NCBI GenBank assembly: GCA_002269645.1
Contig: NIVC01000239.1
Coordinates: 1-64,000, forward strand
DNA from: Macrostomum lignano
Taxonomy: Eukaryota
Reading direction: 5' to 3'
Length of the DNA stretch: 64,000 nucleotides
Shown here: positions 1-10,427 of the stretch, one piece after another
How the letters are laid out: each line of letters starts with the position of its first letter
Position numbering within the stretch: position 1 is the first letter of the stretch
Program-made: the position numbers and the translations under genes
The notes under the pieces: generated by a model
The model's database searches: none
Told to the model about the DNA's origin: nothing
What the model saw: only the letters and a program-made list of their open reading frames with translations

Positions 1-130
1 AGGTCAGATCTGTAGACAGGAGGCAGAGACCCGTCAGTCGGAGCCTTGTAGTTCTGCTGGACAGAGTACGCAGACAAGGCCTCGGTGTTGATATTGGATT
101 TGATCGTGAACAGCACTTGCTTGTTGCCAT
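1..130 (-). CDS. Left copy, domain exon 7 (class B), truncated by the window edge
   Basis: Acceptor ttgcag|AT GGC AAC AAG CAA GTG; encodes DGNKQVLFTIKSNINTEALSAYSVQQNYKAPTDGSLPPVYRSDL. Confidence 0.85.
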   Translation of the reverse strand, partial: MATSKCCSRSNPISTPRPCLRTLSSRTTRLRLTGLCLLSTDLT

Positions 131-3100
131 CTGCAATTATTAGATATTTAAAAATTCGCCATCAACGTTGGTTACATTGATGTTTGTTTTTTTCTGAAGC
201 TCCAAAGTTGAGACGTTTACAGGTAGAATCCTAAAATTAGTGATCTGTTTTTTACCAGTACTCTCCTATGCGTCATTAAGAAGTAACTTCGTTAGCACTT
301 TATTAAGTATTCGTAAAGTAACTGATTGTGCGAATGGTAAGCCTTCTCTGTTTTTCTGTTTAATTTTGGATTGTTTTATTTTAAGTTCATTTATTTGGAT
401 CCGAGTAGCTGAAGCTATTGCAGTTTGTGTAAGGCCTACGAGTAAGCTGACTTTTTCTTGGCGTCAAAAATGTAACTGTTTAGTTTGTGCAAACACTTTC
501 GGGACTAGCGTAGAGTAAAATTTAACGCCGTAAAAATAATCAGTCAGTGATATTTAAGGACTGTTTTACGATATTTAAGGGGGTGTTTCACGAACTGCTT
601 CTTAAGACTGAGTCCTAAGTTCCAACTTAGGCTCGAACTTAGGACTGAGCCGTAAATGCGTTTTACAAACACTTAGGAGTCACTTCTAACCTCGATCTTA
701 GCTAAGGTCGAGCTTTGGTTTTGGACGAGAAAGTTTAAGATAGGGTTGACCGTAGACTAATTCCGCGTGGCGAGAAACTTTAGCCGTTTTATGTTATTTC
801 CTTATGTTAGCCAGCAGAGACACGGTCACAGCTTATAGTACTTCTTGGTCATTGATTTTATTTTGCATTGTCCAGAAGACACAGCCTGGCGTAATGACAA
901 ACTCAACTGGCCATTATTCCAGCTACTTCTCGTCAGCTCAAGCCTATCATCAGCTTATTCATTTATAGTCTATGGCCCAACAGCTTTTTTATTTATAGTC
1001 TATGGCCCAACCACCGCCCTCTTTACGCAGTCGCACGCACGCAGACTCTTACCCTGAAATAATGACCGCTTCCGGCACGCTAAAATAATGGCCAGGCTGT
1101 GTCTTATAGACAATGACGTTGCGTAGTAGGTAAGGGGCTGAAATAATGGCCATAGACACTCGTGCGCTACGCGAGCTACGCGCACTCGTGTTTGGCCATT
1201 ATTTCAGCCCCTTACCTACTACGCAATCTACCATTGTAATTATACTTTTACCCAGACGCAATGAAAAAATATTTTGGCCATTATTCCACAGTTTTGATGT
1301 GTACCATAGACATTTGGATTGAAAAAATCCATCGCTCAGTATTTTTGTTAATAAATACAGAACAACAAGAGGTAAATGAACAAAAAGGAAAAATCATTAA
1401 AACTAAAGTACCAGCTACACGAAAAGAGTTAATAATAAATGTCACAGCTAGTGCAGTTTATCAGTTTGTAGTCGAAATTTGACAATGTAAAAATCAATTT
1501 GTCACCCAAAGTGAAACATGCACAGTTCTCAAAGCCGCAGTTTCCAAAGATGCTCGACACTTTAGCCTGATGATTTGGCACTGCAAAAGGAGTTGGTCTA
1601 TGTTGAATGTTTTCTATGAAAGAGAAATACAGGTGCTCAAGTATAGTTGCCGAACTTACCATTTGAAAGATGCACGTCTTGGTTAAGTTGGCATGCGACT
1701 GATGAGCTTCGTCTGATGAGCTTCTTTGGTACCGCAGTATCCAAGCTGGGATTCTTTGGGACTGTCGGCTGCTCGACTGAATCGATTGGCCGCTTTCAGG
1801 CATCGTTTATAGCCGTCGAGGCGTTGAAGACTGCATGGTCGCGTTTTCTTCCTAGGTAGCGCCGCACGGTTCGTTCAGTCGTCGACAGGAAGATTTTTTT
1901 CAATTAATAAGCGCGGCTGTTTGACGAGATGCACTATAGCCATAGTTGTTTGACAAGACAAATAGCTTTTTCTCCACTACTCGCTTTCCTGATTTCTTGC
2001 AAGACGCAAGCAAAATCAGCACTCATCACAGTGTTGTCTATGGTCAAACTAAGCCACACAACTCAGTCGTCTATGGGTAAAACAACTCTTAAAACAGCCA
2101 ATTGAAGCATGATAAAAAGTGTGGAATAATGACAGCGACAAAAGTGTGGAATAATGGCCGCAAAAGTGTGGAATAATGACTGGGCGCTGAGTGAAAGTAT
2201 AAATACAATGCACTTGTATAGTATGCAACTTCGTTGAATAATGGCCATAGACACTCGTGCGCTACGCGCACTCGAGTTTTGGCCATTATTCAACTCAGTT
2301 GCATACTATACAATCTACCATTGCAAATCACATTCCTTTGTCTCTCGGTCGCACGACGAGCAATTAAAACGGCAAACATTTTATTTCAAAAGATCGGCTC
2401 TTGCTTTTCAGATAGCGACTTGAAACTTAGGACAACTCTAGATGTGTCCTAAAGTTAAGACCGACCATGACAGTTTTGGTCATAGACAGTCTCTCTTGAT
2501 AAAACGCACCAATCTTATCTTCCCTTAGGTCAGACCTAAGTTGGATCCCAGCTAAGATCGACTTTTATCTTCATAGAACACGTCTATCCTAAACTCAATC
2601 CTAAGTTTGATGTTAGGATTGAATTTTGGTTCGTAAAACACCCCCAGCTGTCCATTGCATGCGGGCACTTAAGTCCTTATATTTCTAACTCCTTTATTGT
2701 GTTCTCTTTCTTCCTTGCAGCACATTATCCCCGAGCTTAATTGCTTTGTCGTAAGGGCCTGTCCAGTGAATCGAAGTTACTAAGATACGTAAAACCTAAA
2801 GCAAGTATGATTTCTTAAACTGACCCTTTTTAAAAGGCACTATCTTCGAGGAGAAGGCTTTCAGAAGTCAATAGCCAATAAAAATAACAAAATTCTTACT
2901 AAACTGTTTGGCGTCAAGACCAATTTTACGAACTACGTATCAGATTGCGAGACACTTGTTGCAACTTAAATCTGAATCCTATTGGTCATGTGCCAGCTCG
3001 CATCGACAGATCTACATGCCGGCTTTACATTCAACTACAATCAACTACAAAATAAACCATCAGGCCCCAGTCGACTAATTTAGCGCGTGAGTTGTTCAGA

Positions 3101-6100
3101 CGAGTGACACGAGAACTACCGAAGACAATTTCAATTCCGAAACAGCAAGGAAACAAGGAACCCTACAAAGGCGTCCCCTGACTCTCAGATGTTCTAAGAT
3201 AAAGTCGGTAATATGCTATTTTTTCAAAACAATCAGCTTTCGCCATACTGTCGAACGCTCATAAGTCAATGGGTTCAAAATTAAAAGAGCTATCATATCT
3301 AGAGATAGTAGAATTGTAAAATTTGTAGTTATCCTTCATATTCTCATACAATCGTAAAGGTAGCTCCAAGATAAGACGGTTAATGGCTTAATATTTAAAA
3401 TTCACAAACCTCGCAGAATTGGCTACGCTTCAAGCTTACGAGCTCGTAAGATAATTAACAAAGTTTCTATTCAGTAAGAGTCGAGGTAGGGTAAACCGTT
3501 TTAGGAATTTTAGGAAATGAATGCAAAACGAGCATTCGCATGCTTTTCTTTTTTATTTTTCTCCAATCAAATTGCGTTTTTAATCATGTTCATATCCAAC
3601 TCCGTGGTAGAGGGGCGAGTGTACATTTAAGGCTGTTTTGACCAGTGCTTGCCTCTCTAACTTAATATCTATTTTTTTGCCCATACCTGCTTTGTTGCAT
3701 CATGTTGACTTAATTAAAATGATTTTACCATCTTTCTGTGTAATTGCCTTTGATTCCGATGGTTCGGCAAAAAATGTCACACAAACATAAATAAAATGAA
3801 AATTTGATTGAAGAAAAAAAGAAGAAGGAAACAGTGTGAATGTTCGTTTTAGCATTCCTTTTCCTAAAATTCTATTCAGTAAAAACTGACTTAGAAGAAT
3901 AAATAAAGAGATTTGTCTGAACTAATGATACATACATGCTTCAACTATTAGCTTACCGATAATGAGTGGCTTCTTGAACTCGGCCCTGAGGTCCGGAACT
4001 TCCTTCGCAAGGTAAATCAGTAGCCTGTCAGCGTATCCTGCGCTCTCTTCGAACGGCTTTCCAGGTAGTCGACTGTAAATCAAGGTCGGAGCAGATCCCC
4101 TCCAGCCTCGAGTCACGTAGTCGCAGTGACCGCGCGCGTCCGACACAAGAATGAAGCTCGTCTCTCGGTGGCATCCGTGGTGCCAGTTGTTGATGTAGAA
4201 GCGTCGCTTCGAGCTTCTCTCGCCTTCCAGAGAAAAGTAGTTAAACTCTTTCCGATCGACCGAGTACGGATAAGACGACTCAAGTCTCAGCTCCGAGAAC
4301 CAGTTCTCTTTGTCGAGCTTCTCTGTGTCGGTGGAAACATCGAACACCACTTGGGAGACGACTTGATTGTCGTCTTTGCGCATCTCGACGACCATCTTGG
4401 TCATTCCCGACTGCCTCACAGCTCGAGGAAGCTCGTCGATGAGATCGGATCTGTAGACCGGAGGCAGAGATCCGTTGGCGGGCATTTTGTAGTTTTGTTG
4501 ATGCTCAAATGTCTCCAGAGCCTCCAAGTGCACGTTCGGGATAATGGTGAACAACAGCTGCTTGTCTTTTTCTGCAACAGAAGAACATGACAAATAATCA
4601 TTACAAAGATCTTGCCCGACGTTGTAATTTGATTTTTGTCTCTGCCTCCTAACCACCCTTATCATTGCATATTTAACCGCAATTTTCAGTTACAATTGTG
4701 ATATAAATTCTACGTTAATGCATTTAATGCGCATGACTGATACGGTCTGACCTCAATTTTCCATGTGAATATCTACTTTGTAAACGCCTTGAAATTTTGT
4801 CTAGATACTAAAAGAGATATAGAGCTCGAAAAAACGGGATTTCCGTCTATAAAGTGTTACGAGATACGAGCTAGTTTGAGATCTCGTACCAAACATGACC
4901 GTCCGATTGAACTCCTCTCGCAGTTCCGTCACCGAGTCCGTCAGGTAGATTGTGAACCGATCAGCATAGTCCACTCCGCTCCTTAAGGTGGCAGTTCGGT
5001 ATCTGTTGTACGCCAGCACTGGAGCCGAGCCCTTCCAGCCTTCGTTGGCCCAGGTGCACCCATCGCGTTTGTCGGACACCATCCAGAAACCTCGATCATT
5101 GACACAACTACCGTAAGAAAATGAGGCCAAAAAGCGACGTTTCAAAGGGGCGTCCCCGTTAATACTAAAGTAGTTCACGCTTTGTTTCGGATCGATATTG
5201 AATGGATACGACGAGACGAGTCGAGAGCGCGAGAACCAGTTCATCAGTGTGATCTCGTCGGTCTTCTCTGACAAGTCAAACACCATCCGAGCGCCCACGC
5301 GATCGTCCTTCTCCATCTCAGCGACAATCTTTGTCTTTCCTGATTGCTTCACAGTGAGGGCGAGTTGATCGAGCAGGTCAGATCTGTAGACAGGAGGCAG
5401 AGACCCGTCAGTCGGAACCTTGTAGTTCTGCTGGACAGAGTACGCAGACAAGGCCTCGGTGTTGATATTGGATTTGATCGTGAACAGCACTTGCTTGTTG
5501 CCATCTGCAATTATTAGATATTTAAAAATTCGCCATCAACGTTGGTTACATTGATGTTTGTGTTTTTCTGAAGCTCCAAAGTTGAGACGTTTACAGGTAG
5601 AATCCTAAAATTAGTGATCTGTTTTTTACCAGTACTCTCCTATGCGTCATAAAGAAGTAACTCAACTTAACTTAACTCAGCGGGTGAATTCAATTACGAC
5701 TAACCATACACTGCTTTTGATCACATGCACTGGATTTACGAGCATTTAGAGCAAAATATTGGCATAAAGTATATCGTACCAACAATGAGCGGCTTCTTAA
5801 ACTCGGCCCGTGGATCCAGTACCTCTTTCGCAAGATAAATTATTAGCCTGTCCGCGTAGCCCACGCTTTCGTGGAACGATCGACCCTGCTCTCGGTTGTA
5901 GGCCAGACTCGGAGGAGAGCCTCGCCAGCCTCGAGTTACCCAGTCGCAGCTGCCGCGCGAGTCAGACACCATGATGAAGCCTGAATCTCTGGTGCAACCT
6001 CCATAGTGGTTGCTGATGTAGAATTTTCGGCTAGCATCCCCTTCCAAAGAAAAGTAGTTGAACTCTTTCCGACTAATTGGATAAGGGTAAGATGAGTACA

Positions 6101-9100
6101 GTCTTAACAGCGAGAACCAGTTCTCTTTGTCGAGCTTGTCAGTGTCGGTGGAAACATCGAATGCCACTTGAGAGACGACTTTATTGTCTTTGCGCATCTC
6201 GACGACCATCTTGGTCATTCCCGACTGCCTCACAGCTCGAGGAAGCTCGTCGATGAGATCGGATCTGTAGACCGGAGGCAGAGATCCATCGGCAGGCATT
6301 TTGTAGTTTTGTTGATGTTTGAATGTCTCCAGAGCCTTCAACTGCACGTTCGGAACAATAGTGAACAACAACTGCTTGCTTTTTTCTAAAATGTTTATAT
6401 TTAAGTTTTTGTTATTGTATATCTTAGTGCTAAGCAGCCAATGGCTTTTTTTGTTTGATTGGGTATTTCACTACTAAATTTTTCCATAAATTCTTTCGAT
6501 CAAATAAAATGTCTTACCAAACAGCACCGCTTTTGTGAACTCTGGGCGCAGTTCGTCCACGTGGTTTGTCAAGTAGACCACGAAGCGGTCCGCATAGTCC
6601 ACCCCGGTGCGAAATGGCGCCGTTCTGAATCTGTTGTATAGCAGCACTGGCGCGGCTCCCTTCCAGCCCTGTGATCCCCAGTTGCAAGGATCCTTCCTGT
6701 CTGTGACAATCCAGAATCCTAAATCGTTGTCACATCCCTTTCCCGTGTCCGTTACAGAGAATCCTCGCTTTAAGGATGTGTCACCATCCACGCTAAAGTA
6801 GTTCAGATGAATTTTCTTGGAAATCTGATAAGGGTACGCTGCGACGAGTCTATCTCTTGAGAACCAATTGAGTAAGGTAAGCGAATCCGTGTCAGTTGCA
6901 ACGTCAAATACAAGTCTCGCTACTACTGCGTTGTTTTTGCGCATCTCTGCAACCATCTTGCTACGACCTGAACGCCTCACGGTTTTATCCATCTGGTCCA
7001 GCAGGTCCGACCGGTAAATTGGGGGCAGGGAGCGATCGGATGGAATCGGGTAGTCCTGCTGATGCTTGAATGTGTCCACGGCTTCTTTCCCAATGTTAGG
7101 CGTGATTGTGTACAGGATTTGCTTGTCTCCGTCTGAAAGCCAATAGAAAGAGATTAAATGGTTCGTGCCAAAAAGTTGCTAACACAATCAAAGATGCTGT
7201 ATAACTCTGGCGTTCGTTTTCTCAATACATGAACCTCTAGCTTCTTAAAGGCCGGTTCACATTATCACTAATAGCTCTGCACGTCAAAGATGGCTTAAAT
7301 CAATGTACAGCTGGTTCAGATCCATTTTTAAACTTACTTCAGTATTTGAATGATATCTAACCTTTGGAACTTCTTGCGGCAATTTGAACCGGTCTTTGAC
7401 TATGACTCGCAGCTATTAGGGCATTAGAATTAAGATTTCTTATTTACTGCTTCGTTTAACTTCCCTAAGTATAGTGCCCAAAGTAATATACTTGCACAAT
7501 GCTTTTGCAAAAATGTTCGCACGCACCAACAATGAACGGTTGCCTGAACTTCCATCGTCTGTCCTCGACCTCGTGCGTGAGGTACACAAGCATCCGGTCG
7601 GCCGTGTCGACGCCAGCATGGAACGGCTTGTTCTGCAGCCGGTTGTACAGCAGCAACGGCGGGGAGCCGCGCCAGTTGCGGTTGGCCCAGTTGCAACTGT
7701 CTCTGGCATCTGAGATAGCGATGAACCCGGCGTCAACATGACAGCCTCCATAGTTGTAGCTGATGTAAAACCGCCGCTGCTCGCCCACATCTCCATCCAA
7801 GGAGAAGTAGTTGAACTTGGTCTTGTCCACCAGGTAGGGATAGGAGGACTCCAGCCGTTCTAGCGAGAACCAGTTGTCTAAGGTCAGACTGTCGACATCC
7901 TTAGTCACATTGAAAACCAACTGAGCCACCACTGAGTGGTCCTTGACGAGCTCCATCACCATCTGGGTCATGCCCGAGTCTTTCACGGTCCGTGACAGAT
8001 CGTCCAGCAGGTCGGACCGGTACAAAATCGGCAAATTATCGTCGATTGGCGCGCGATAGTTTTGTTGCTGCCTGAACGTTTCCAGCGCGCTCTTGTGGAT
8101 GTTGGCCTTGATCGTGTACAGAAGCTGTTTTCTTTCCGCTGTAGCAGATCAGGGTGACTTTCAACTATAATTGCCTTAGTTATTCGATAATGTTAATAGT
8201 TTCAGTAAAGTGCTCACCGTGGAAGAAGGGCTTCCTGAACTCGGCTCGAAACTCATCCACAGTGTCGGTGAGGTACACCAGAAACTGGTCGGCATACGCG
8301 GCGCCCTGTTGCAGCGTGCGGTCCTTAAATCTATTGTAGATCAGCGCCGGTGCGAGGCCCTTCCAGCCATTGCGGCCCCAGCCACAGGGATCTCTGGCGC
8401 CGGACACGAGCCAGAAGCCGCGGTCACCATTGCAGCCGTCGAAGCTCGTTGCTATGAAGAACCTGCGCTCCTTGTTTGCGTCACCCTCGATGGAGAAGGC
8501 GCTAAACTTGGCCACGTCGTCAAGGCGGTAGGGCCAGGCGCCGATCAGGCGGGACGGCGAGAACCAGTTGAACTGGTCTATGCTGTCCGGGTAGTCGCCG
8601 ACATCAAAGACGACGCGCATCACGACGGCCCTGTCGACGCGCATCTCGGCGACCATGTAGGTCTTGTCTAGACGGCGGACAGTGTCGGGCAGCTCGTCGA
8701 GCAGGTCGGACCGGTAGACGGCCGGCAGCGGCTCATTGGGCGACGGGGCTGGCCGGTTGCCGTTGCCCCGGGTGACGAACGCCTTCTGCGGCTCCTCGCC
8801 GATGTTGCTCCGAATAGTGAACAGCAGCGTCTTGCCGTCCTCTGCGATTTTCAAACGATTGTTTTAGTGCAAGCTCGAAGTTTTACAGCAGTTTCAGTTG
8901 GGGCAAAATCGCCACCTGGTATCCTACCGACCCATTCTCAGACCCTTACTAGAACTGCGTAACCATATTTTTAGCTACAAATGAGACTGATACCTCGTAC
9001 TGACTTGCCTGAGAAATTGATTATGTCATAACTGCTTCATGTGACTTACTCTAATCGACTTGGTGTGAGTGTTAAATTATAGGTGCTACTATTTATTTAT

Positions 9101-10360
9101 TAAATTCGATGAGAGATAGCTGTATGTGAACAGACTAAACTGCTAGTGCGGCGACCTGGGTTCAAAGCTGAGTGTAAATCTTTTTTATTCAAAAGTAGAA
9201 TTAAGAAGGTGGGCGCTATCATTTTTTATGCGACATGTTTCGCCTCGCGTCAGGTATCGTCAGGCTCTTAAAATTAGTAGCGATTTAATTGTTCATTAAT
9301 ACTTAACAATTAAGACTAAAAACGGGTCGATAAAAGTCAGAAATGTATATAAATTAACAGTAGATTGTACAGTCCGACGGAGCGCTCACAGAGTTGCAAT
9401 GAGGGGAGAGAGGGAGAGAGAGAGAGAGATAGAGAGAGAGAGAAAGAGAGACTATAGCCGATTCTTAGACATTTTGAACAGCACTCATCCCAACATAAAA
9501 TTCACTGCTGAAGGAGGTGGGAAATCTATACCTTTTCTAGACATTCAGATTAATGTTGAAAACGATTGTGTGTCCACCAAAGTTTATCGTAAACCCACCT
9601 ACACTGGTCTTCTGCTAAACTTCAATGCTCTCTGCCCAACCCAGTGGAAAGTGGGCCTGCTGCGTGGTATGCTCCACCGGGCTTTCGAAATCTGTAGCAC
9701 CTGGACTAGTTTCCACGAAGAAATTTGCTTGATTAGCACCTATTTTTCCGAAAACAACTACCCGAAACGGTTCCTCGATTACCACATTAGAAAATTCATT
9801 GATGGTAAAGTCTCAAATCCTAACAATAGACAGAATAAGGAAGAACAGAAAGATCTGAGGATTGATTGCACCCATATCTCCATTCCTTTCTATGGGCCAG
9901 ATTCATTTTAAAAATAAACTCATCAGAGCGTTTAATAAGTATTTAAATGTAAAGCTCATGGTCACTTTCCGTTGCGAGAAAATCGGTCGTTTTGTTAAGA
10001 ATTTGAAATGCCGCGTTTCCAGCTCCTTACGGGCAGGTGTCGTTTACCAATTTCAATGCTCTGGCGACCAGAGTATCACCTACATAGGTGAAACTACCCG
10101 ACACCTGTACGTGAGAAGTAGAGAACATAGGCAAAAGATGTCGGCCGTACACGACCACCTGATGATATGCAAAGAATGCTGTGACAGCCAAATAGATAAA
10201 AACTTTTCCACCATCCATACGTGCTCAAATGAGTACAGACTAAAAGTGCTTGAAGCCCTGTATATAAAATCGCGTAAACCAATCCTAAATAAGCAACTTG
10301 CCAATCACGGTGCCAGTGCCCTCCTTAGAGTATTCTAGGTGTACACTTGTGCTCATCTCA

Positions 10361-10427
<67 letters not shown>

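Larger units (their letters stand above)
579..2645. mobile_element. TIR-bounded non-autonomous DNA element (Harbinger/PIF-like termini) with nested material, in an intron of the left copy
   Basis: Termini GGGGGTGTTTCACGAAC / GTTCGTAAAACACCCCC. The block is absent from the paralogous intron (about 28820-28840). No clean TSD was seen. Confidence 0.55.

Noticed and set aside
4126-4590. Plus-strand ORFs overlapping the domain exons (also 6168, 8210, 22814, 25584, 30051, 30844, 33038, 38773)
   Set aside because: These are antisense shadows of GC-rich coding exons. They recur only because the exons are duplicated.
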